Part shown: positions 35,908 to 43,965 of the stretch, piece after piece
Position numbering within the stretch: the stretch's first letter is position 1
How the letters are laid out: every line of letters starts with the position of its first letter
Origin: Candidatus Iainarchaeum sp.
GTDB taxonomy: Archaea; Iainarchaeota; Iainarchaeia; Iainarchaeales; JAGVWC01
Assembly: GCA_018304465.1 (NCBI GenBank)
Contig: JAGVWC010000012.1
Location: forward strand, 32,001 to 96,000
DNA length: 64,000 nt
Reading direction: 5' to 3'
The notes under the pieces: generated by a model
Told to the model about the DNA's origin: nothing
Databases searched by the model: none
The model's input: the letters and a program-made list of their open reading frames with translations, nothing else
Position numbers and translations under genes: made by a program

Positions 35908-38853
35908 ATGAAAGAATCGCTTCGTCGAATCGATCGCGTTCGTTTTGAGCTTCCAGCCGCGGGTTCGATGAATGTTCCGGTTCGGTTGTTTGCCAACGAC
36001 CGGATTTTGCCGACGATTGATGACCAAACCTTGCAGCAGGCCAAAAATGTCGCTTCGATGCCGGGAATCGTCGGAAACATGCTGCTGATGGCCGACTGTC
36101 ATCTGGGATACGGAATGCCGGTCGGTGGCGTTGCGGGTTTTGACGTCAACGAAGGCGTGATTTCACCAAGCGCGGTGGGATACGATATCAACTGCCTTCC
36201 CGGAGAAACAAGAATCCTTACACGCTTTGGATATTCGTTACCAATAGCGGCGTTCAAAGAAAAGATTGAAACAGAACAACTAATTTGTTTTTGGGAAAAT
36301 GAAAAAACCAAGACTCCGATCATCCGTTTTTTCGAACGTCCAGAAAAAGAAGTATTATACCAGATTACAACAGAATCGGGGAAACAAATCCGTGCAACAA
36401 AAGATCATCCAATACTGACGAAACAGGGGATGAAGGAATGTGAAAAGCTTGGATTAGAACTCGTTGCAACGTTCTCGTTTGAAGGCATTCCGTTTGAGCC
36501 ACCATCGTCCCGAATAATTATTTCAGAAGAAGACTTCGCTAAGTCGTATCCATATCATGGGAAGGCACTCGAGTACGCATTGCGCTTTCTGAAAAAACAA
36601 AACCTCTTACCTTTAACCGAAGACAACCCTAAATTTCCATTGTTAGTAAAAATAGCGGGTTTTATTCAAGGCGACGGCTCTTTGCATTTTTTAAAAAAAC
36701 ATGGTGCAACGGTTGGGTTTTACGGAGAAAAAGAGGACTTAAAAGAAATTAAGAAAGATTTGAAAGAGATTGGGTTTTCATCGGTATTATATTCGAGGAC
36801 TCGGGTACATAAGATAAAAACAATGTATGATACCTTTTCGTTTGTCAGAGAAGAAACCAGCCTGAATTGTCCTTCAAGGTCTTTTGCGGGATTATTGGCT
36901 GCACTTGGGTGCACGACGGGAAATAAGGCTAAAAAAATCTATGGCTTGCCAAGTTGGCTGCAAACGTGCCCGAAGTGGATGAAAAGGTTATATTTAGCGG
37001 CTCTTTTCGGGGCAGAACTGTCTTCTCCAGACACTGTTACAGATGCGCCGTACAATTTTTACGGTCCTGTTTTATCCATGAACAAAAGGATTGCCGCAAT
37101 GGAAGGAGGAAGAATATTTTTGGAAGAGGTCAAACAGTTACTCAAGGAATTTGGAATTGAAAGTACTTTGATAAACGAGCGAGAAGAGCTAATTAATGAA
37201 AAGGGGGAAATTTCAATCCGATTAAGACTTCAGATTTCCTCTGTTCCAGAGAATTTGGAAAAGTTGTGGGAAAAAATAGGTTTTGAATATAACAAACAGA
37301 AACAATTTTTGGCAGCAGTCGCAACGTCGTATTTGCAGATAAAGCAAAAAATGCTTGCCGAAAGAACACAAAGTATTGCAACAGCTCGAATGTTGAAAAA
37401 TGAGGGATTAACTCTACAGGAAATCACTCAGCGAATTGGTAACCCCTACATTAACGAACGATTTGTTGCGCGAAGCATTTGGGAAAATCGAAAAACAAAC
37501 GTCCGAACCGCTACAAAGTTTGAGACTTTCGATGGTTTTCTCCAAGTTAGAACAGAGGGCTTGGATCAATCGGGGCAGGTGTGGGAAAAAATAATTAAAA
37601 TTGAACAACTTCCGTTTGAAGGAAATGTGTATGATTTTACCGTTGAAAACGAAGCACATAACTTCGTAGCAAATAGCATCACAGTATCAAACTGCGGCAT
37701 GCGTCTGATGACGACGAATTTGTCGATCAAGGACGTGCAACCGAAATTGAAAACCCTGGTTTCCGAGTTGTTCAAATCGGTTCCCGTGGGCGTTGGACGC
37801 AAAGGATTGTTGACGCTTTCCGAGAATGATTTTGACGAAGTGATGGTGCACGGGGCGAAATGGCTGGTGAAAAACGGTTTTGGCTGGAAAAAAGATTTGG
37901 ATGCCATTGAAGAAAACGGCGCGATCAAAGGCGCGGATCCCGCCAAGGTTTCCCAAAAAGCGCGGCAACGCGGAACCGACCAGTTGGGAACGCTGGGAAG
38001 TGGCAATCATTATTTGGAAGTACAGGTGTCGCGTGCAAGGGATGTGGACGACCCCAAGATCGCGAAAAAATTCGGAATCTCTTCTCCGGACCAGGTCATG
38101 GTCATGATTCATTGCGGTTCGCGGGGATTTGGTCATCAGGTGTGTTCGGATTATGCCACGGAATTCGTGTCAACGATGAAAAAATTCGATATTTCGGTGG
38201 CCGACCGCGATTTGGCGTGTGTTCCGTTTCAAAGCGAACCCGGCCAGGATTATTTTGCGGGAATGAATTGCGCGGCAAACAACGCGTTTGCGAATCGGCA
38301 GTTAATCATGCACCGCGTGCGCGAAGTTTTTTCGAAAGTATTCGAGTCTTCCGCAGAGGATCTGGAAATGAATCTGGTGTATGACGTGTGCCATAATATC
38401 GCGAAAGTGGAGCCGTACAAATTCGACGGAAAAACGCGGAAAGTCGTGGTGCATCGCAAAGGCGCGACGCGTTGTTTTGGTCCGGGTCAACCGGGTCTTT
38501 CGGATCGTTTTCAAAAAACGGGTCAGCCCGTCATTGTCGGCGGTTCAATGGAAACGGGTTCGTACGTGTGCGTGGGAACCCAGCAGGCCATGGACGAATC
38601 GTTGGGTTCCACGATGCATGGTTCGGGGCGCACGATGTCGCGGCAAAAAGCCAAAGAATTGTATAGGGGAAACGAATTGTTGGCTTCGATGGAAAGCCGC
38701 GGAATCATCGTGAAAGCGGCGTCCATGCAGGGATTGGCCGAAGAAGCGGGGGCCGCGTACAAAAATATTTCCGATGTCGTGGATACCATGCACGAGGCCG
38801 GGATATCCAAAAAAGTCTGTCGGCTGGCGCCGATCGGAAACATCAAGGGTTGA
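35908..38853 (+). CDS. rtcB: RtcB tRNA-splicing ligase, intein-containing
   Basis: DCHLGYGMPVGG, VGYDIN|CG, LGTLGSGNHYLE, HCGSRGFGHQ, HRKGAT, HGSGR. Confidence 0.96.
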   Translation: MKESLRRIDRVRFELPAAGSMNVPVRLFANDRILPTIDDQTLQQAKNVASMPGIVGNMLLMADCHLGYGMPVGGVAGFDVNEGVISPSAVGYDINCLPGETRILTRFGYSLPIAAFKEKIETEQLICFWENEKTKTPIIRFFERPEKEVLYQITTESGKQIRATKDHPILTKQGMKECEKLGLELVATFSFEGIPFEPPSSRIIISEEDFAKSYPYHGKALEYALRFLKKQNLLPLTEDNPKFPLLVKIAGFIQGDGSLHFLKKHGATVGFYGEKEDLKEIKKDLKEIGFSSVLYSRTRVHKIKTMYDTFSFVREETSLNCPSRSFAGLLAALGCTTGNKAKKIYGLPSWLQTCPKWMKRLYLAALFGAELSSPDTVTDAPYNFYGPVLSMNKRIAAMEGGRIFLEEVKQLLKEFGIESTLINEREELINEKGEISIRLRLQISSVPENLEKLWEKIGFEYNKQKQFLAAVATSYLQIKQKMLAERTQSIATARMLKNEGLTLQEITQRIGNPYINERFVARSIWENRKTNVRTATKFETFDGFLQVRTEGLDQSGQVWEKIIKIEQLPFEGNVYDFTVENEAHNFVANSITVSNCGMRLMTTNLSIKDVQPKLKTLVSELFKSVPVGVGRKGLLTLSENDFDEVMVHGAKWLVKNGFGWKKDLDAIEENGAIKGADPAKVSQKARQRGTDQLGTLGSGNHYLEVQVSRARDVDDPKIAKKFGISSPDQVMVMIHCGSRGFGHQVCSDYATEFVSTMKKFDISVADRDLACVPFQSEPGQDYFAGMNCAANNAFANRQLIMHRVREVFSKVFESSAEDLEMNLVYDVCHNIAKVEPYKFDGKTRKVVVHRKGATRCFGPGQPGLSDRFQKTGQPVIVGGSMETGSYVCVGTQQAMDESLGSTMHGSGRTMSRQKAKELYRGNELLASMESRGIIVKAASMQGLAEEAGAAYKNISDVVDTMHEAGISKKVCRLAPIGNIKG
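36193..37692 (+). mobile_element. Intein (500 aa) with LAGLIDADG-type homing endonuclease in RtcB
   Basis: Starts CLPGETRI; block B ATKDHPIL; IAGFIQGDGS and LAALFGAE endonuclease motifs; ends VYDFTV..HNFVANSITVSN followed by Cys; AT-richer than the flanking gene. Confidence 0.95.
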
Positions 38854-39479
38854 TCCAGATACGGAAAAAAACAAAACAAACCCGCAGCAGCGGCTTTTTA
38901 CCCGTCAAAGTTCCGACACCGCCCAAACCGTTTTCGGCGAAAGGGTATGTACTTTCGCATCCCACCCTAACAGGCCGGGTGCTTTCGAATGTCCTGGAGC
39001 GGGCGTATTCGGAAAATACCTTAAATGCCATGCGCACCCGGTTGCGTAAAGACGGATGGCGATTGCCGAGGCTGCAAAAAGACCGGTCGAAAATGCGCAG
39101 GAAAAAAAGCGAATTGGAGGCGTTTGTCCGTGTTCATTATTCGCTTGGAAAAACCGAGACCGCTCGGCTTGCAAGTGAGCGATTTGGCCGGCGAATTCCC
39201 CCGCACACCATTGATTATGTCCAGCAGCAGTTGAAAGCGGAAATGGGACGGGTTCCGTATCGCAAAAGTACCCACACCGGCCATTTTTCAGAACTGGATT
39301 CCAAAACCCGTGAACCGGTCACGAAAAGCGATCAAATCCGAAAAAAAATGGTAAAAGATCCGAGGGTTTCGGATAAGGCGCTTACTGCGCAGTTTAAGGT
39401 TTCGCAAGTGCTCGTGAGCCGGATTCGACGCCAGTTGTTTGGGGCCACGCGCATTCAACCGAAACGGAAAAAGAAGTGA
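38850..39479 (+). CDS. Basic hypothetical protein with two HTH-like segments
   Basis: Overlaps the rtcB stop (TTGA); KDPRVSDKALTAQFKVSQVLVSRIRRQL is HTH-like. Confidence 0.6.
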   Translation: MIQIRKKTKQTRSSGFLPVKVPTPPKPFSAKGYVLSHPTLTGRVLSNVLERAYSENTLNAMRTRLRKDGWRLPRLQKDRSKMRRKKSELEAFVRVHYSLGKTETARLASERFGRRIPPHTIDYVQQQLKAEMGRVPYRKSTHTGHFSELDSKTREPVTKSDQIRKKMVKDPRVSDKALTAQFKVSQVLVSRIRRQLFGATRIQPKRKKK

Positions 39480-39862
39480 AAAAAATGGCTTCGAATAATA
39501 GGTCAAAACCGCGTGAACCCCGGCGCCGTCGAACCGAACCACGGGGAACCCTGACGCAGTTGATTCGCGCGCATCCGGAAATGGATCCGAATGAAATGGC
39601 CAAAAAACTGGGAAACCCCCGGTTGTCCGCATCAATTTCGGTTCTAAAAGCCCGGTTAAGGAAACGAAAAGAAATCCCGCGACGCGGAACGTTTGTTCGC
39701 ATGGATCCTGCCACCGGCAATCCGGTTCAAAGAAAAGATCAATTGGCAAAATTTTTGCATTTTCATCCGAACGCCACCGGAAAAGAAATCGCGGCGGCGT
39801 TGGGTATCCGGGAAGATTACGCGTTGGTCTTAAGAGGCCGGTTGGCCAAAAAAGTCAGATGA
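39476..39862 (+). CDS. Basic hypothetical protein with duplicated HTH-like motif
   Basis: LIRAHPEMDPNEMAKKLG and FLHFHPNATGKEIAAALG form an internal repeat. Confidence 0.65.
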   Translation: MKKMASNNRSKPREPRRRRTEPRGTLTQLIRAHPEMDPNEMAKKLGNPRLSASISVLKARLRKRKEIPRRGTFVRMDPATGNPVQRKDQLAKFLHFHPNATGKEIAAALGIREDYALVLRGRLAKKVR

Positions 39863-40079
39863 GTTGGTTTCCGGCTTCGTCGAAAATATGAATCACGTTG
39901 ACGGGACATGCGCGTGCGGCATCCAGGTTTTGCTGAAGGTCTTTTTCTTCGAATTCCGTGATTAATTGTGTTGCTTTTCCGTCGTTGTCCATTTTCCAGG
40001 TTTGCGGGGCACCGGCGATGCAGGCGGCGGCTCCGATGCATCCTTCTCGGTCGTATATGATTTTGTATTTTTTGGCCAA
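39855..40079 (-). CDS. Single-cluster ferredoxin
   Basis: DREGCIGAAAC ... AARACPVNVI; TTG start preceded by an AGGTGA RBS. Confidence 0.85.
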   Translation of the reverse strand: MAKKYKIIYDREGCIGAAACIAGAPQTWKMDNDGKATQLITEFEEKDLQQNLDAARACPVNVIHIFDEAGNQLI

Positions 40080-40141
40080 AAAAATCACCTTGTTACTCGA
40101 AAACAACCCAGGAAGACTATAAAGCTTTGGTTAAACCCGGC

Positions 40142-40209
40142 TTTGCACTTAAAGAGTGCAAAAATTCGGGTTTCGTACTCCCTAAAAGTGCAAAATAGTA
40201 TTCTGCACA
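40142..40209. promoter_or_regulatory. Operator-like inverted repeat with extra half-sites
   Basis: TTTGCACT-N5-AGTGCAAA (40142-40162), another AGTGCAAA at 40187-40194, and TCTGCACA at 40202-40209. Confidence 0.5.
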
Positions 40210-40262
40210 TAAAAGATTCATCAACCAAAGTTATTTATTTAGACAGTGGATTGTATTTGCAG

Positions 40263-40643
40263 GTGAGGAAAATACCTGCAAAAAAACCTGTTGAGCGAAG
40301 AATGGGTGAACGTCGAAAAACCAATGCATATTTTGCATCGTTTGGACCCCATAAATTATACGCACGCCGCGAGGGCGAGTTGATAAAACAATTAACTACC
40401 AATACGCGTACTCCTGAAATTCGAAGAAATGTGACGCGCAATAGACGGATGGATCCTGAAGACCGGCGAAAAAATCAAGTTGGAAGCCTGTATAATGCAC
40501 GGGGCGGCAAAATGATGGTGGTATCCGAAAAACAATTTGCGGCATTTGAAAAACCTAAACCCGAAAAGTTAGGGCTCCCAGCCATGGGGGCGCATACGGT
40601 TTATGATCGGCGAAAGGCCAAGCGCCGTGCAACTGACAAATGA
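40263..40643 (+). CDS. Basic hypothetical protein with repeated (E/D)RR motifs
   Basis: Likely GTG start; ERRMGERR, EIRR, NRR, EDRR, YDRR, KRRATD. Confidence 0.55.
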   Translation: MRKIPAKKPVERRMGERRKTNAYFASFGPHKLYARREGELIKQLTTNTRTPEIRRNVTRNRRMDPEDRRKNQVGSLYNARGGKMMVVSEKQFAAFEKPKPEKLGLPAMGAHTVYDRRKAKRRATDK

Positions 40644-40660
40644 TTTGCCTATTGCCAGTT

Positions 40661-40870
40661 TTAGCGGAGTATAGCGGCGGTGATTTCTTTCGGCTGTCGC
40701 CAAATTAATTCTGAAGCCACACCCATTTTTCTTGCTGTGTGGATTAAACAGCAGATAGTATGCACGATCGTTTTTGCAAGAATCTCGTTTTGCATTGCCA
40801 CAAAGTTCTTACTCCACACGTTGCTTTCGCGTGCCTTGCCAGTCGGTTGGATTTGGATGGAATGACCCAA
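40661..40870 (-). pseudogene. Decayed DDE transposase C-terminal remnant (IS4/IS5-like)
   Basis: IPSKSN (adjacent frame) + TGKARESNVW + SKNFVAMQNEILAKTIVHTICCLIH recalls the C-terminal IPFKxN...W...SKxxxAQxNExLxKxxxHNIxxLI pattern of archaeal DDE_Tnp_1 transposases, with a frameshift and an internal deletion. Confidence 0.55.
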
Positions 40871-40983
40871 AGAGGGGGTTGCAGGCGTTCTCCCATACGA
40901 AAGAACCCTTAATTAACCAATTAACGGGGTTTAGTAATATTTTTAAAGGTGTTCTGTTCCTAATTGTATAACTTAGTGATTGA

Positions 40984-43644
40984 ATGATGAATCTGCGATA
41001 TGCGCTTTTGGCAGTGGTTTTGGTCTTGGTCATCGGACCCGTTCTGGCCAGCGGTTATTATCCGCCCGCTTCGTGCGACCGCATTCATCTAAGCACGGTT
41101 CCGGTGTCCGTGAACTCGGAGTCCGCCAAAAACTTTTTTGTCGGAATCGAAAACACGTCCAATGTTCCTTTTTTCCTCGATGATTTTTCCGTCACGGAAA
41201 CATCCAGCTTTCTTAATATCGATTCGGATTACGCGAATTATTGGATCCCCGCGCATGCCACGGCCCAGCACGTTTCAACCGCCACTGCGGCCGCCGTGTA
41301 TTTGGACCAGACCATCACGGGTCGCGCGCGCGTTTCGGGTCGTTTCGCAAATGGGTTGAGCTGTTCGTATTTGCATATCGGCGAAAAAACCGTTCCGATT
41401 ACCGTGAAAGCGCCGGTCAGCGACTTTGGAACCTGCAACCAGATCATTGTGGATGTTTTTCCGGTGAACGTTGCCGAGGATTCGCTTTCGTTTGAAACGT
41501 TTTTGATCCGAAACAATACCGGAAAACGCTTTTTCATTAATTCCGTCGAGATTTCGGACGAAGGCGATTTTGTTTTGGTTCAAAAGGATTATTTCGATCC
41601 GATTATTCCGTCATATCAAACCGGCGAACTGCGGGTAAAAATCAGCGCGGAAGAAGTTTCCGGAAACCGCAGTGGAAATGTTCGGATTCGGATTCGCGGG
41701 GAATTCGAAGGGGGTGCCGTGTGCAATCAGGTTCCGGACCGCGTGTTCTCGGTTACCGTTGAAAATTCGGCTCCGGATGTTACCTGCAACCAGCTTGGAA
41801 TCACGGGGGAATCTTTTCGATTAAGTCAGAATGGTTCGCAATCACGCGTGTTTACGGTGACGAATAATTCGGAACTGGATTTTTCCGTGTATGACGTGAA
41901 AATCGAGGAAACCGATCCCGAGTTTGCCGTTCAATTGATTTCAAAGAGTTCCACGATCCCGGCGCATGGCACCGGAACAATTCAGTTGCGGGCCACCACG
42001 GGTACGCTGGACGCTTCCGGAATCGGGGGGTTTCGATTGCAATTGCGCGGCGAGTTTGAAAACCGCGAGATTTGCAGTTTTTCGGACGTAAGCAAAGAAA
42101 TCGCGGTGGAACTGGTCAAGGACACGCCGACGCCGAATCCAGAGGTTTGCCGCTCGGTTTCGATCGAAGCCTTTCCATTGCTTTTGGAAAGCGGGTCTTC
42201 GAAAACGGATTTTTTCAAGGTGTTGAACGGTTCGAACCGGACGTTTTACATTGATTCCGTGAACATGTTTGACGACAGCACGGATTTTTCGCTTAGTGAA
42301 ACCACGTTTGACTTGTTTGCGCCTTCGGGAGGCGGAATCGCCCGGGTGTGGTTTTCGGCACAGGCAAATCGTGTTTCGAGCGAGGGAGACCGAACCGGTT
42401 TTATCCAGGTGTCGGGTCATTTCGCCGACGGGGCTACGTGTTCGTTCACCGCGATCGGAACCGAAAGTTTTCCGGTGGTTATCACGCCGAAAGATTCGGA
42501 CGAAACGTGTCCGGACTTCAAACTCGAAGTGCCGGATCGCGTGGTTGCGTCCGATGACGTGGCATGGGTGGATGTGCGTGTTTTCAATCCGACGGATCAG
42601 GACGCGTTCGTGTATTTGAGCGGAACCAATTTGTCGGTTTCGCCCAGCGTGATTTCCGCGCCGCCGAATGGCTGGTTTTCAACGACCGTGAAAGCGACGT
42701 TGCTTTCGGGTTCGGAAACAAATCTCGAGTTTCGCCCCAGCGTGTTCGATTGCACGGCGTTAAAGAAATTTACGCGTATTGTTTCCCGCGAGACTGGAGA
42801 CGGGGACATTCGAATCGCGTCGTTGCCGTCCTCCGTGGTGTTTGTCAAAAAAACGACGGTCAAGGTTTTGGTCGAAAACAATTCGAATTTCAGCCGAACC
42901 GTGGACGTGAAAATGGGAAATATTCTGAATGGTTGGACGACCGAATCGCATTCGGTGTCGGTTCCACGAAACGAGTCGGTTCCGGTGTACATTGATATTT
43001 TTTCCAACAACGTGTTCGGAGAAGCGGACGCGGTCGTGGGTCTTTTTGAGGACGGCGACTTGGTGGATGAGCGGGATATTTTAATCAAAGCGGTTCCGAA
43101 GTTGAGCGCGTCCGATGTTCTTACGGTCACTATTTCCGTGGTGCCGGTGTCGCCGACAGAAACCCAGGTGCATGTGCAGGTGACCAATTTTTCGGATTCT
43201 CAAGTTTCCGGAGACGTGTGGATCGAACTTCCGGCCGGCTGGTCGGTTTCGAATAACCGCAGCGTGTTTACGTTAAACCCCAATGAATCAAATACCCGGA
43301 TTTTTTCTGCCAAGCCCAGTGCTTCGGCAACGGACGGAAACGGTTCAGTAGTGGTGGCGTTGGATGACGGTCGATCCGATCGATTCGCTTTTACCATGAA
43401 GCGATTTGGAAGCCAACTGACCCCGTCGAACGGTTTTTTTGCGGGTTTGTTTTCGCTTGGACGCGGAGTGTTTTCCAGCGGGCTTTTGATTTTGTTGATC
43501 GTGCTGGCCGTGGTGTTGGTGTTCTTGTTTTTGGATAACCAGTATCGCGAAGCCCATCCGCCGCGGATTCGCCATCCGCCGTTTTCGGTGATTGATAAAA
43601 ATGGCCAGTATCGCTCGAATGGACGGCACTCGTGGCGCGCGTAA
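40984..43644 (+). CDS. Membrane-anchored surface protein with four ~118-aa two-Cys Ig-like repeats
   Basis: N-terminal signal peptide; repeats C...F.I.N.(S/T)...F.I..V...G.F..G..C; many N-x-S/T sequons; C-terminal TM. Confidence 0.88.
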   Translation: MMNLRYALLAVVLVLVIGPVLASGYYPPASCDRIHLSTVPVSVNSESAKNFFVGIENTSNVPFFLDDFSVTETSSFLNIDSDYANYWIPAHATAQHVSTATAAAVYLDQTITGRARVSGRFANGLSCSYLHIGEKTVPITVKAPVSDFGTCNQIIVDVFPVNVAEDSLSFETFLIRNNTGKRFFINSVEISDEGDFVLVQKDYFDPIIPSYQTGELRVKISAEEVSGNRSGNVRIRIRGEFEGGAVCNQVPDRVFSVTVENSAPDVTCNQLGITGESFRLSQNGSQSRVFTVTNNSELDFSVYDVKIEETDPEFAVQLISKSSTIPAHGTGTIQLRATTGTLDASGIGGFRLQLRGEFENREICSFSDVSKEIAVELVKDTPTPNPEVCRSVSIEAFPLLLESGSSKTDFFKVLNGSNRTFYIDSVNMFDDSTDFSLSETTFDLFAPSGGGIARVWFSAQANRVSSEGDRTGFIQVSGHFADGATCSFTAIGTESFPVVITPKDSDETCPDFKLEVPDRVVASDDVAWVDVRVFNPTDQDAFVYLSGTNLSVSPSVISAPPNGWFSTTVKATLLSGSETNLEFRPSVFDCTALKKFTRIVSRETGDGDIRIASLPSSVVFVKKTTVKVLVENNSNFSRTVDVKMGNILNGWTTESHSVSVPRNESVPVYIDIFSNNVFGEADAVVGLFEDGDLVDERDILIKAVPKLSASDVLTVTISVVPVSPTETQVHVQVTNFSDSQVSGDVWIELPAGWSVSNNRSVFTLNPNESNTRIFSAKPSASATDGNGSVVVALDDGRSDRFAFTMKRFGSQLTPSNGFFAGLFSLGRGVFSSGLLILLIVLAVVLVFLFLDNQYREAHPPRIRHPPFSVIDKNGQYRSNGRHSWRA

Positions 43645-43702
43645 TTAAACAAACTGTTGGATAATTAAACAAAGTATTGAATAAAAAAAAAAGAGTGTTG
43701 AA
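43642..43702. repeat. AT-rich ~20-nt imperfect tandem repeat
   Basis: TAATTAAACAAACTGTTGGA / TAATTAAACAAAGTATTGAA (17/20 identical) plus a degenerate third unit. Confidence 0.6.
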
Positions 43703-43826
43703 TATCTAAGAGAATTAGGGATAAAACCAAAGAGTGTTTGAAGTTCTTGGTGGGATGGCCAGCCAAAAGCGAAAACAGAACAGCACTCTTTAAATACCTT
43801 TTTCCGAAGGAATTGATATATTAACG

Positions 43827-43965
43827 AATCCGGGGTTTTCCTGGATTTTATCCGTCTTTTTGACGGCAAACTGCATTCAGTTCGAACCGGATTGGATGTA
43901 ACTGCCAAAACACGAATTTTTGGCTGTTGGGCCCCCAAAGCCCGTTTTCAGTGGATTGATGAAGA
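43827..43965 (+). promoter_or_regulatory. Structured 5' leader of the rpl3 operon (candidate r-protein leader)
   Basis: Five consecutive hairpins, one a 13-bp stem with several G-U pairs, downstream of TTTAAATA (43789-43796). Confidence 0.5.

Noticed and set aside
39966-40262. N-terminal 99 codons of the 225-aa ORF 39966..40643
   Set aside because: Overlaps the ferredoxin gene antisense and the intergenic repeat region; a start near 40263 is more plausible.
43642-43740. CRISPR array
   Set aside because: Units are ~20 nt, directly adjacent and degenerate, with no unique spacers and no cas genes.
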